Below, piece after piece: positions 50,991 to 64,000 of a stretch of DNA of 64,000 nt. Position 1 is the stretch's first letter. Every line of letters starts with the position of its first letter. A program made the translations under genes and the position numbers. Source of the DNA: Euprymna scolopes (lineage: Eukaryota); the NCBI GenBank assembly GCA_053919585.1, contig CM132793.1. The stretch is one strand, 5' to 3'. The notes beneath the pieces were generated by a model. That model made no database searches. It saw nothing but the letters and a program-made list of their open reading frames with translations, and was not told where the DNA came from.

Positions 50991-53028
50991 TTCCTCTTAA
51001 AAATCGACCATAAATTCTTGGCTCAGCTGAAAAGAAAAAAATATGTTTAACAAAAATTAATTTCTGTTTCTTTTTCGTAATATATAGTAATGAAAATAAA
51101 CAGAATAACAATTAGCAAATGATGAAAGAGCCGAAACTAAAAAAATAAAGCAAAATTAATGATGAAATTGAGAAAAATAGGTCTGCAAACATTTTCACAC
51201 CCACAGTAGAATTCTACCAACCGGTCGATCCGGTTGTGACAATTGTCTCAGCCGTTTATAACCGTATGTTCAAGATGTCCTGCAATCTCTAGTCCTGCTC
51301 TCTCTGTCTTTACTTCCTGACTCCTCACTCCCACTGTATTTTCAAGCAGTACAATCAGTATTTCGCTGCAAAAAATAACCGCATAAAACAAGTACTCTAA
51401 AATTAATAAAAAAGATAAAACTTTTATTCTAATATATATGTATTTTACTTATGAATAAAATAATTCCACTAGTTTTCCAAGTGCCAGATTATGCCCAAAT
51501 ATAATTTTAAAAAAGGAAATGAAAAAATGTTTTGAACTTAAAAAAAAAATCAGCCTGCCTGCAGTGCTAGCTGCCCAAAGCAGATTTCGTTCACGTTTAG
51601 TAAAAACTGAGATAATACACCACCTTTCATGCTATATCACGTTGTACACTCACTTCTATGTAGTTATTAATTTTATTCTCTCTTCTCTTCCATTAGTTCT
51701 CAAAATTGGAATCTTTCATGCCTTCTTTCCAGGTCATTTAATTTTATCCAATAGCAAGTTCGTGATTAATTTATAAGAAGAGGAATTTCGAAGGCGTATC
51801 CCATAAATCTAAAGACGGGTCGTATATTCACTGTTTAGTCGGCTTAGTTTCGTTAATCGAGTTCATAGCGATTAATGAAAATTGTTCTTAGTTCGAGTCC
51901 TGCGAGAAGAGCATTAATCTGCCAAATATCTATCCTATTTGCACACTTTTAAAACATTAATTTTAATTAATTTCCTATTAAATTTTTCGATTTTCTCATA
52001 GAATGATCATCTTTATTTTACTATTACGTGAAATTATATTCCTGCAGATATTCTGCATGATTTGCACTTGCGTAATATTTACGTAAAAAAGGTTATAGTA
52101 AACATACACCTCTATTAGTCCTCGCGCGAANNNNNNNNNNNNNNNNNNNNNNNNNNNNNNNNNNNNNNNNNNNNNNNNNNNNNNNNNNNNNNNNNNNNNN
52201 NNNNNNNNNNNNNNNNNNNNNNNNNNNNNNNNNNNNNNNNNNNNNNNNNNNNNNNNNNNNNNNNNNNNNNNCTAATATTGACCATACGCAGTTATAAAAT
52301 CCTTTTGAAATTTTCATCTCAAATGTTCTCGTTATGTACTGAATATTTGTTAATGAAACCTATATGAAATATGTTTCTTATTAAATTTTAAAGATTTTCG
52401 ATTCTGAAAGAAGTTTAAAAAATTAAATCTAAAACATAATTTAAAATTTTTGTTACAAAAATTCAGATTTTCTCATTATTCAAACCTGTATTAAAAAGAG
52501 GGGGTTTCAAAATGAGTTATAGTGTGGGGAGAAATAACACTGAAACAGAGAGAATATTCAGACCTGTAATAATAGAAAAAGTGGGTTGCAGAAATAAGTT
52601 GTGATGTGAGGAGAAATACAAGCTGAAATAGAGAGAAGGAACATTTTAAAATATAATCTTAAAAAGATAAGATACACGTTAGAAAGGCATTTCATCCAAA
52701 AATTGTTAAACAAAATGTTTTTACTCTAGGCTTTAAAAATAAATGTACAGGATTCAATTTGAAATTTATTTATCTTCAAAGTGTACTTTTATAAATTTTA
52801 CAAATTAAGGTATAACAATTTAATTTAAATTGAATCAGAAAATTACCTTGGATTTATTTTATGTAATGTACATTTTGTTACAATTTTAAAAACATTATCT
52901 ATCATCTAGCAATTAATGATATAGATATAAAATTTTCAATGATTTCTAAAGTGCAACAGAATGTACCTTATATAAAATAAATGCCTTGGATTAAATGCTT
53001 TTCTGACTTGTATATATATTTATGTATG

Positions 53029-53082
<54 letters not shown>

Positions 53083-53261
53083 AATGTATGCATGTATGTA
53101 GGTATGCTTATGTATGAATATAAAACCCGTGTCAGTTTTTAGTCTACAGACATGAAGCGGAAGCTAATGCCTATTCGAATGCTCGTGACACTGGGGAATT
53201 TGGTCCAAAATTTGACAATAAACCAAAACTTGTATTTTTTAGATTAAACGCAAACGACGGC

Positions 53262-53323
<62 letters not shown>

Positions 53324-54553
53324 TGATAAGCGTAATAGTTATTGTTTCATTGTAAAAATTTTAACCTTGCAGCAAACATGTCTTGATAGGCCAGGTATTA
53401 GCGTCAAAGGAAAAATAAACCGTGAACTTAACATTTTGTTCTCGATTCTCGGTGGTGACGCATGATTTATTTTTATTGAGACTTTTTAAATCTTTGCTAT
53501 ATATTGGGGACAGTATTTTATAGTTATAACTACGGACTGTGCATTAATCAAATATATCATTTTAAAGCGTAGTTTATGACCAAGTAATGCAGGTTGTCTG
53601 CTTTTTATGGAGACATTATAGCGGCAATGTTTTTATAACTATGGAGTAAAATTATTTTTCTTATTATTCGAAGCGTTGGGTTGTGGTGGAACTTTCTGTA
53701 TCACTGATAACCTTTCTTGTTTTTATTTAATTGTTCATTCATATAGTTTGAGCTATATTGAGCAAACTGAAAAACAGGGTAAATTCGTAAGTTATGGTTC
53801 ATACTACTCCAAACATCTTTCTCGCTCCGAAAAATGTTTTCTTTTTTTTAATAAAGAACACGACATCTCTCACGCTCGAAGATTCTAGCTGAAGTAAAAC
53901 AATAATNNNNNNNNNNNNNNNNNNNNNNNNNNNNNNNNNNNNNNNNNNNNNNNNNNNNNNNNNNNNNNNNNNNNNNNNNNNNNNNNNNNNNNNNNNNNNN
54001 NNNNNNNNNNNNNNNNNNNNNNNNNNNNNNNNNNNNNNNNNNNNNNNNNNNNNNNNNGGGGGTACAGTCAGCCGAAAGGGTTTTGCCCTCACTTTACAAA
54101 GCTGAATCGAAAGATGTTTTTCTCTTTGTCTCTAAGATGTTGCCTTTCTATTGTATTATTATCAGGACGGTAGATTTATTTTTGTCGTTGCTCCATTTTT
54201 TTCTTTCCAGTAGCTTTACTTTATTTTAGTCGGCCCCCATTTTAGTTCGTTTCCCTATACAAAAAACAAAATGATTCGAATATAAAAATCGACGGAGGAC
54301 TGTACTCACACATTTATTTAAATTGTTTAATCCACTAAAATGCTTTCCCTCCATTCTTCCTTTTATCATGAGCACATAAAACTNNNNNNNNNNNNNNNNN
54401 NNNNNNNNNNNNNNNNNNNNNNNNNNNNNNNNNNNNNNNNNNNNNNNNNNNNNNNNNNNNNNNNNNNNNNNNNNNNNNNNNNNNNNNNNNNNNNNNNNNN
54501 NNNNNNNNNNNNNNNNNNNNNNNNNNNNNNNNNNNNNNNNNNNNNNNNNNNNN

Positions 54554-54701
54554 ATATAGACAGACATAATAGAGAAATGGCAAAATTAAAAAATTAATAT
54601 CCTAACAACACACCTATTAAACCACATTATATATAGTAGGTGTGTTGTTAGGATATTAATTTTTTAAGTTTGTCATTTCTCTATTATGTCTGTCTTTATA
54701 T
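54554..54701. repeat. Hairpin with arms of at least 66 bp and a 14-nt loop; left arm runs into an N-gap
   Basis: AGACAGACATAATAGAGAAATG...ATCCTAACAACACACCTA is mirrored at 54634-54701 with a few mismatches. Confidence 0.92.
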
Positions 54702-56750
54702 GTTATTTGAGATCTGTGTATGAGTATTTAAAAGTTGGATTAATTGGGAGATTTAAGTAGTTTTTGCTGCTGAATCTGCTAACTGATTACCATTGATATA
54801 GAACTGCCAGCTATAAAGCAGAAACTTCTTTCTCTTTGATTGATTTATTCAGTATAATTGTGGAGTAATTGTCCGATTAGGAGGTTGCCCATCTTTTAAT
54901 TTTTGTGGGCTTTTTTACTGAAAGCTAGACTGAGATCTATAATTAGATCATGCATTTAGGCACGGAAGATTGATGTTTCTTTTAGGTGTGCTTTTTTCGA
55001 TATATTTGTTGAGTATTTCTATACTGTCTCTTGAGTTATTTTGTTTAGACTCATCTGTGTAGATGGACGTGTGGTTTGGATACTTTTCTATGATTTTATT
55101 GAGATCATCACAGTTACTTATTGGATGGGTATGTTTCTTTTCATGGATACTTAAACTTAGATCAATATTGCGGGTTTGGAGGAGTTTTTGGTAAGATCGT
55201 TTCGTGGATTTTGGTTATGGGTAGATTTGCTTCTTTAGAGATCGGTTTTATTATGAGTCCAAATGTTTGGATTGTATTTTCGTTTTGGTTCAAAAGGGAT
55301 TAACGATTTGTCAATTTTGTGCTGGGTTTGTTGTGTTGACTGTTAAATTTTAGAACTTTAGACTAAAATATTTGTTTTTAAGCACTGGGGGTTTTCATGC
55401 GCTTCAGCATATACGCTCTCTACAAGGAAGGTTTGAAATGCATATTGTGTTGAGTATTTTATATATGACTCTGATGGGTTGATATATAAAGCTGCGATAG
55501 TCTAGTTAAGATCTGAGTAATACTCGATATAGTTAGAGTAGTGTGTTATTGTGTGATATGCTTGAAAATTTGGTATGACGGATAAACTACTTGGATGTAT
55601 GGCATTCCTTTCAATAATGTAAGTGCGAAGGCATGTGTTATGGAAATAGTTGTATTGTTCATAGTTCTGTGATGTAAGATTGCTATTGTTTTGTGGGAAG
55701 GTTTCCTGTAAGCAGGCAATGTCTGGGTTGAAGTGCGAAATAAGTAGAATAAGTTGGTTATAATTAGATCTTATTCTACGACAATTGTATTGGATGATAT
55801 ATTTTGTTTTATTTAATCGATGAGATTATATCATTTTCTTCTATTTTAATAGGGAGAGGGTTTGCCGTATGTCGGGGTTTATTGATGAAGTGTTTTACTG
55901 TGGTATTTCTATTTTAATTTTGATTTGGATATCGATTTGCGTCGTGCTTGCGATGTTTCTGTTTTCTGTTTGTTTTTTTTTAAATTTCCATCTTGATAAT
56001 TTGTTGTTTCTTTTCTTTTATCCATGACGTTTTCGGTTGCCATTTTTTTCTAGAATTTGGAATGTATTTTTAATGCCTATTTCTGCTTGTTTTTTTTTTC
56101 TAAAGCCTTCTTTATTTGCAGTTTTATCATTGCGTATATATGTAAAAGTTTATGGTAGTTGTTTTGTTGGTTTATGTTATATTATTTTTTAATGATTCTG
56201 TTGCAAATAAGAACTTACTTTGTTTGGATTTATTATTTCTCTTGTTTTCTTTTCTAGAATCGAACACTATTTTGTCCGGCGATTCTTAATTTTTTGCCAT
56301 TCTTAAAGGTTTAATATAATTAGTGTGTTTAGCAGTTCTTTATATTGATCATGTACGTCATTATGTTAGCAGTGTTTAGTTGTATTTTATTATCTCAGCA
56401 TATGTGTGTTTGTTTTCCACTATTTTTCTGATTGCTGAAAAAGTAATTTTTTTTGTACTTTTTTCTATTATGGCTTTTTCTTTTTGATATGTTTTTAATA
56501 TGTTAGACAAGACCGAGTTATTATTCCTGCAGTTAGTGTATGCTGCCTCACTTATGCATTCTTCTTCCGCATGATCTATCTCTCTATTGTTGCATTTTCC
56601 ACATATTCTTTTTCCTTACGGACTGCATTATGATGTCCATATTTTTAGCAGTTGAACAGCCTTAACGAAGCTGGAATGCTGGAATACATTGGCTACTTTT
56701 GCGTTTAACTAAACAATTTAGATTTATTTGGGTATTGTTGGCTTGTATAA
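54634..56750 (-). mobile_element. Heavily decayed Penelope-like element (RT + GIY-YIG)
   Basis: A-rich minus strand with remnants ITHAFAL, IDLSLS...YP...PNH (cf. FLDVTL...SNHP) and FIAGSS (cf. YIGSS). It ends in an inverted segment, which is typical of PLEs. Confidence 0.5.
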
Positions 56751-56751
56751 A

Positions 56752-56804
<53 letters not shown>

Positions 56805-56806
<2 letters not shown>

Positions 56807-57014
56807 GGGTGACCCTCCAAAAAACAAAAAAGAAGCTAAATGGAGGGCATCTAAAACATATGCTGTAGAACGCAGAAAAAAGGCCAAAGACCCTAGCGTT
56901 TTGATGTGATGTTTTGAATATAATAAACTAGTTATGACCAACGTTTATTTCATTCGGACAAAACACTAAGAAACGGGGCCTAATTAGAGTTAGGGTCCGT
57001 TTTTTGGGTCACTC

Positions 57015-57016
<2 letters not shown>
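56805..57016. mobile_element. ~210-bp Tc1/mariner-type MITE inserted in (TA)n
   Basis: TIRs CAGGGTGACCC / GGGTCACTCTA, flanked by TA repeats on both sides. Confidence 0.7.
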
Positions 57017-57051
<35 letters not shown>

Positions 57052-57217
57052 TCGAAGCTTCGAATCCCTCATTTTGACGTGATTAGTTATTTCTAGGGAC
57101 AGACTGCACTTATACTTATGAAAATTCTTCATTATAAGTAGTTAGTGGCCATTTTTTATGTTAGTTACTCCAATACGTATTATTGTTAATTACAGGGATA
57201 TATCGGTCGGCCAGATA

Positions 57218-57295
<78 letters not shown>

Positions 57296-57347
57296 ACTGT
57301 CTATCGCTTTATTGCAGATTAATATTTAAGAAGTGAAATTTAATATA

Positions 57348-58768
57348 CAGGCAGAACCTAAAAAGATGACATTTTCCCTGATTCTTTTTGAAATTAAACA
57401 AAAATTTTGAAAGTTATGATAATTTTTTTATTTTCTCGTTATTTTAAGTGGGTATCACTTTATTGCAAGGTTGTGCAACTATATTTTTAGTAATAACACA
57501 ATATTCTAACTTCATATTTCTAATTATATGAAATAAAGAACATATCCAGTAAAATATGAACCAAAAACAAAAACCAATCTCACATTATTTTGTTTAGGAA
57601 ATATTTATTCATCACCATAACTGCCACGCTTCAAAATCACTTTTAATAACCTCTTTTCCACTGACGATGTAATCAGCAGATTTAAGATGATGTGGTGCTA
57701 TAGAAAACTTAAAAATATTTCTCCACGGTTCATTTTTCGACGAAAATTGAACAGCTCCTTCATTAACCTTCACCTCTATTATTAATCAGATCTGCTCAAT
57801 TTGGTTTATATCTGAGGAAGAGCGTGGCCATATCATCAAATTTTCTCCACTCATGTTTAATGACTTAAGGTTGGATACTGTAGTTTTGGCTGAGTGGAAA
57901 AATTAATTTGCGGTGACGCGCCAATGGAGTGTCATCAAGCCATAGTTACAAATGGTCATTTAAAAATAAAATGTAAGGCTGGCTTGTAAGTTTGACATCT
58001 TCTGGCACTCAGAATTGTCCCAGTAGTTCATTGCAGATTATACCAGACCAACACATGGTACATTTACCTCCCTGTTTACGAGGAAATTGATGAGGGTTGT
58101 GAATCTAAGTGGACTCCAAATTATGCTCCCCATCTGATCCATCGAGGATTGCTCTGCAGTCACCGGCGAAAAGAACATTTTCCAACCTGACTTTCATGTA
58201 TTTCTGAGCCAAAGCCCAACGTAGTTACTCACGAGTTTGCTTTAAACAGTTCTTCCTTTGGGTTTAATGCTTCTTGCAAATTCATTTAAGACATGCTAGC
58301 GGGTTTTTCCTGACAAGGAAGGTATTCCAGAATTTTCAAATATAGCTGCACTGTTGCTGCCAGGTTGCTTGATAAATTGATGGCTAATATTTCTAACATC
58401 ACGAGCCGCAACTGATATTCTTTTAATTTTGTCTTTCCTCGGTTTGATGTCTGGATTTTCAACGGATGAAAAAATGTTCTTCCATCTTGTCCAAGCTATT
58501 TGGCTAGATCTATGAGAGATAAAACTCCTGCAAGCCTAGCATCCTTTTTAGCAGATGTAAACTGACCCTTTCTAGGCATTTTGGTAGACCTGCAATACAG
58601 TGTTACACATTTGATTTACTAGAAAATAGAAAGATTAGCATAAATTTAAATATGTTTGTTAAAATTCCAGATAAATAAGAGAAATATGGCACCTTATTAT
58701 ACCATTAGTGTACCAAATTTAACTTCCTTGTGTTTTATAGCTCTTTCAAAATTTACAAAGAAATTGAC
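57348..58768 (-). mobile_element. Decayed Tc1-like transposon; second TIR probably in the N-gap
   Basis: Minus strand starts MPRKGQFT (ATG at 58579) and reads ENVLFAGDCRAILDGSDG, RKQGG..MCWSGI and IWPRSSSDINQIEQI. A TA|CAG terminus is at 57346-57350. Confidence 0.88.
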
Positions 58769-59460
58769 NNNNNNNNNNNNNNNNNNNNNNNNNNNNNNNN
58801 NNNNNNNNNNNNNNNNNNNNNNNNNNNNNNNNNNNNNNNNNNNNNNNNNNNNNNNNNNNNNNNNNNNNNNNNNNNNNNNNNNNNNNNNNNNNNNNNNNNN
58901 NNNNNNNNNNNNNNNNNNNNNNNNNNNNNNNCTTCTTACTTGTATATATAGTGTAATCGTATATGTTTATCGTTCTGATCATCACAATTTTTTCAGGTAT
59001 TTATAAAAATAATCAAGTGCACTTAAGACACACATTATACAAATATTCCGGGTGACGTTGGCAATATTCGAATCCCCACCATATTTTTTCATAGTTTAGA
59101 ATATCACACGTTACCCATGAAAATATGCTTGAAATATATGCCCTATTTATTGCTGTTTAATAATTGAAGCGCAATATGTAAAATATATACGATAACGTTC
59201 ATATAACAGCTGTCGTTATCCTAAAACCGGCATATTATCTCAAATATTTAAATCAACAAAAATACGTAACGTATATATCATAGACAATATAAGTATGCCA
59301 CACGTAAACAACATTCATTATGGCTCTAGTAATGAATCTTATCAAAGCAACGAAGAAGTAACGTAGTGCACTTTGATTACTTTAAATAAATAAATGTTAT
59401 TACTTGTGGAGCTATTTTTACTGATACCCTTTTATAACATATACACACACAAGTAATAGC

Positions 59461-59712
59461 TTTTTTTTACATGGAGGTCACCAATTATCAAGGCCCGGAG
59501 GCCACTCAGGGATAAGGGTTATTGCGTGTACAGTAATCAATGAGATAGTACTTTAGCAATCATTAGTATCGGGGGTTTTGATAGAGTGTCTTACTTAAGG
59601 GGGCGGTTTGTCAGGAGTTTGTTTATCTTGGACTTGAAGACGTCCAAGTCTTAGTCAGGTGGGAAACAGGCAGGCGGCAGAGAGTTCCTATGGCGTGCAG
59701 TTCTTGGAAAGC
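59461..59712 (-). mobile_element. 3' end of a CR1/L2-group LINE with a short poly(A) tail
   Basis: Minus strand reads FPRTARHRNSLPPACFPPD*DLDVFKSKINKLL, followed by a UTR and A9. Confidence 0.8.
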
Positions 59713-60845
59713 GTATCTATATAAGCAGAGAAAACTTCGCAGTTTGTTTGTTTAAGGTTTTTTTTCTCCAAATAATAGCCAGACAGTGTTACACATTTAA
59801 TTCCATCTTTTAATGAATCTCTGGTAACATTATTTTGTAGAACAGTTAAGATTAGTTATCCAAACATGAGGTTAGTTGTAAATTCAAGTCTTCGTCACCA
59901 ACGATTTTCAAGAATAGTTCGGAAAGGGGAAAACAGTTAATTTGGCTTAGTTTTTCTATTTTGATTAATTTCTTGATTATTACTGCAAATTGATGCAAAA
60001 TGCATCCCTATATTGGGGAACTATTAACCGAGGTATCTACAATTTATACTCGATCCTTGTTTCAAAAAAAAAAATGTGAGTATGTCTCGGGCGGAAGAGG
60101 GCTACCTGTTGCACTTCTATAAGGGCGGAAAATTCAAGTTGTCTTCTTGAATTTACTAGGGTGTCTATTCTGGATCATAAACCCATAGCTTATCCTGTAA
60201 TCATGCATTTGGAAAACTTTGACTTATCTTTATACTTAAGATGTTTACACGTTTTCGCATGTGGAAATGTGTAAGCAACTGCGAAATCAACCTGGTAGTG
60301 TCTTAAAAAAGACGCAACTTTTCAATTATAATTGGTTTTATCTGACATTGTAAGAAACTTCATTGATTAGATCTTTGGAGGAAAAGGACACATCTATTTA
60401 TGGCAATAGATATCTATAACTCTCATACAACAGCGATTATATTGCAAGATTTTCGTTGTTTGCTCTGGATGCTGTTTTAATAGATATCCCTACATATTGT
60501 ACTTGATGATATCATCGTTTTAGAATCTCATATAATGGGGCATAATAGCAGAGGTTTATGTTTTCGTACATTTTTAATGTGTGTACAAATATAAATTAAG
60601 ATCATTGCGAGACATTAGAGCGGTTTAATTTAATTTAAATCAATTGACACATATAAATAAAAAAAACAGATTTAAAAAAGAAACAAAATATAATTTGTTA
60701 AATAATCATTAGTTATATGATTTTTGTGCGTGCAAGTTTCTGGGAGATGAAAAACAAGTGAGTCTCTATCTATTACTGATAGAATATTCGACATACGTAT
60801 AAATCTACACAAATTCTCCCCTCACAGGTACATACAATATTTATA

Positions 60846-60895
<50 letters not shown>

Positions 60896-61723
60896 CATGC
60901 ATATATAAGTGTATACATGTATATATGTAAATATATATAATCTATATGTTTGTATATGCTGTTTATGTAAAACCCAAAATCACAACTTTACCGGTTGTGA
61001 GAACTGCATTGCCAAGCACAAATGATACTTACGGAATACCACCATACATTTTATGCTGGTTATTAAATAACATGCATAAGTCAGGGAATTTATCAAAATA
61101 AAAAAACTAAACTATTAATGATCATTGACTATTGTAAACGTTATCATTACATTGGAACTCGCGACCAATAAAGTAAAAAAAAGCGAAAAATGCAATCAGT
61201 TTTTTGCTCGCGCTGTACACGAACGCTAATCGTGTCATGATGAATAATGAATAGATCACTTCCAAGAAGAAAATAAAACTAAAATCCGAAAGTAAAGTAG
61301 TATATCTTACAAACCACTTGCATTTGCAAAAATATGTTGTGTAGCGTCCGTTATGTTTATTTACAGTTATCTGGTATTTTATTAGACAAGTAAAAAAGAG
61401 AAGACGTGGACAAAAAGAATTGTTGATTTGGGATTTCTAATTTTGTAATGCAATAAGTGTGTAGCTCAATATCCTTGACAAAACACATCAAATATTCCCC
61501 ATTTTATACTAGGCATATAGGCTTGGCCGTTTTATTGCTAAGAGGTATTTGCCACAGGAGAATATCATGGTAATTGTAATTCTTGGCACCGGATTTTCTA
61601 CTCACTTACATGCATTAAAACCAGGGACATAGAGAAAAGAAAACGACTCTTTTCTTTCCAAATGCAAAACTATTTTCTGTAAATAAGTTCTCACGTAAAT
61701 AATATAATATAAATCATTCATTA

Positions 61724-61805
61724 TGAATATACTGTGGATTTCTGGCTTCCCTATTCTGGAATCTAAAAACAAAAAAATACAATCACAGGTTTTTATTTTA
61801 GCCAC

Positions 61806-61874
<69 letters not shown>

Positions 61875-61950
61875 TAAAATAAAAACCTATGATTGTATTT
61901 TTGTGTTTTAGATTCCAGAATAGGGAAGCCAGGAATCCACAGTATATTCA
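61724..61950. repeat. Inverted repeat with ~80-bp arms around a (TA)n core
   Basis: 61724-61804 is the near reverse complement of 61871-61950, with about 3 differences. Confidence 0.95.
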
Positions 61951-62331
61951 AAAGGAGTATATAAAGCAAAAATCGTACCTAAAGGAAACCCAAATGACAA
62001 AAAATATTATATCGGCCTAGCCGGCACCTCATTTAAGGATATATTCCGAGTGCATAAATGCTCCTTCACAAACCCGAACAACCCTAGCAAAACCTCACTA
62101 ACTACCCACTATCTATATCTAAACCAAAATAACCTTACATCAACCATTAAATGGGAAATCCTTAGAAAATTTAACACATGTAAATCCCTAAACCCCCCCA
62201 TGTCTCCTCTGCCTAAACGAGAAACTCCTTATTTCCACTTTTAAAGACAAATTACTAAACAAAAAACAGGAAACCACCATAAACTGTAGGCATTACAAAT
62301 CCCACCTCATTAGCAACTATACACCTCTCTA
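61951..62331 (+). pseudogene. GIY-YIG endonuclease domain of a 5'-truncated Penelope-like element (one frameshift); a long low-complexity 3' region follows toward the window end
   Basis: KGVYKAKIV...KKYYIGLAGTSFKDIFRVHKCSF...TSLTTH...IKWEILRK...(frameshift in a C-run)CLLCLNEKLLI...LLNKKQE...CRH. Confidence 0.88.
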
Positions 62332-64000
62332 AAACATCCCTTACACAAGACCACCTAAAATCCCCCTAATTATATATCCAATACAACCACCCACAACAAC
62401 TACCATAACATACACTCAACCAAACCCCCTAAACCAACTCCCCCACACAACCTTCCCCTTACTCCAAAGAATACCCCTAAATCCAACAAAATAACATATA
62501 ACCCCAATCACCATCAACTCTCACCCCACATAACCGCGCAATAATCGGCATCAATTCCCCTCCCCCTAGCCAACCCACCTGCCCAACCCCAACCCACCCT
62601 ACATGGAGCCTCCACGACTCAACACGGAAATTGTTTACATATAAAAGGTAAGTGCACATGAAAATGTACAATCAACCGATGCCTCATATGCATAGGCGCA
62701 TACCTTAGAATATGACATCCCAATATAGCCTTCCGCCTAAACTAATTGATAATACCATAAAAAACAAAAATACCCCAACTTAGAACAATAAGTACAGCAC
62801 TCAATCCCCATATAAACCACCCCAAACTCCTCCCCAAAATCTATACACATGCCTACCTAGAACCACAATCCCGAGTACTTGGGCGCTTATTAATGCGTAT
62901 GTAAGTATATGTGGATGACACCCGTGCCCACATTTACGGGATATCACGCTATATAGCCGTATGTATATGCGTGCGCACATATCTGTGGCTGAGGGAGTGT
63001 GGGTATGTATCTTTGCAGATGTATATAACGAGAGCATATGTGTCTGCATATGTGTATGCGTGTATGCATGCATATCTTTTTTACATGCATGCGTGTGGGA
63101 ACGTGCATCTGTAGACTATATTTTAGGCGGAGGAGTACGCCGGCGCGCCCATGTGCACCCACATTCTAACCAAAAAAAAAAAAAAAAACAAGCCCACTAA
63201 TGGAAATGAAAACATTATGTATAGAACCATGAGAATGAGTTCATGCTCATATCTATGTATAACCATGTCTACATCGAACGAAAGTATTGCGCCTATGTGC
63301 CCACAGATGAGCTTAGATTAAAATATATCCAGACAAATATGTCTATACCAAAAACTGTCTGTTAAACTGGGTGTGTATGTGTGTGTATGCACGCACATGT
63401 ACATCCACGGGATGTGTACCGATATATATGTGCACGCACATGTGTATGTATGCGTGCGTGGATGTGAAAGTATATGTTCCCGCTGCCTGCTGTCCACACA
63501 GTGTGTGAGAGCGTGCAGCTATGTATATATGTCGATGTATGTGTTCATGTGTATCTGTATGTGCGCATGCGCCTGCATGTATACGTTTGGTGCAAGTATG
63601 CATGAATCAATATGCGCATATGATCCCTTATAATCGCCTTCTTGGAAGCAGGGGTGTCGATGTCTGTATGTATATGTGTATGAGCGCATCCATGCCTACA
63701 CACGCGTACACAACTGTTAGCACTTTAAAGAAAATTTGACGTAAGCGAGAGCAATGCGGGTGTCTATGCATGCAGGCGCACATATGAGCATATATTTGCA
63801 CGCCAGGACGGGGATGTATGTGTACGTGTGACCGTTTCTTTTAAGTATATACGTGTGTACGTACGAATGTGTGTACCCGTCTCCGCGACCGCTAGCTAAC
63901 CCTCTCTAAACAATAAACAAAAAAAAATAAAAATAAATAAACCGAATCATACCCCCCCGCCTCCAAACATAAGAGAACACCTAACAGGTCAAGACATACT

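Noticed and set aside
51830-51915. tRNA-like B box GTTCGAGTCC
   Set aside because: There is no cloverleaf or convincing A box; at most an eroded SINE head.
5654-59006. ORFs containing long X runs
   Set aside because: They are artefacts of translating through the ten N-gaps.
62801-63739. Cys/His/Met/Val-rich ORFs on both strands
   Set aside because: They derive from degenerate (GT/AT/GC)n low-complexity sequence downstream of the Penelope fragment.

Overview
This is an AT-rich, microsatellite-dense eukaryotic window with 10 N-gaps. The repeat landscape resembles a coleoid cephalopod (octopus-like), which is my inference and is not verified. There is no intact protein-coding gene, rRNA, tRNA or CRISPR array. 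Nearly all recognisable sequence is decayed mobile DNA: five R4/Dong-like RLE-type LINE copies associated with (TAA)n, an RTE LINE nested in one of them and carrying a further solo-LTR-like insert, CR1/L2-type fragments, two Ty3/Gypsy remnants, Tc1/mariner remnants and a MITE, several non-autonomous Helitrons (including a tandem pair and one with an expanded internal array), Penelope-like (GIY-YIG) fragments and an inverted pair of SINE-like repeats. The most interesting signal is a ~287-bp tandem-plus-inverted repeat at 48.4-49.1 kb with three hammerhead-ribozyme-like cores (retrozyme/Penelope-type). Next is a recurring class of fold-back hairpins beside dinucleotide microsatellites. A possible minus-strand micro-exon chain and a double-CCAAT promoter-like island are weak, unverified host-gene hints. 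All alignments and translations were done by eye, and most boundaries are approximate.
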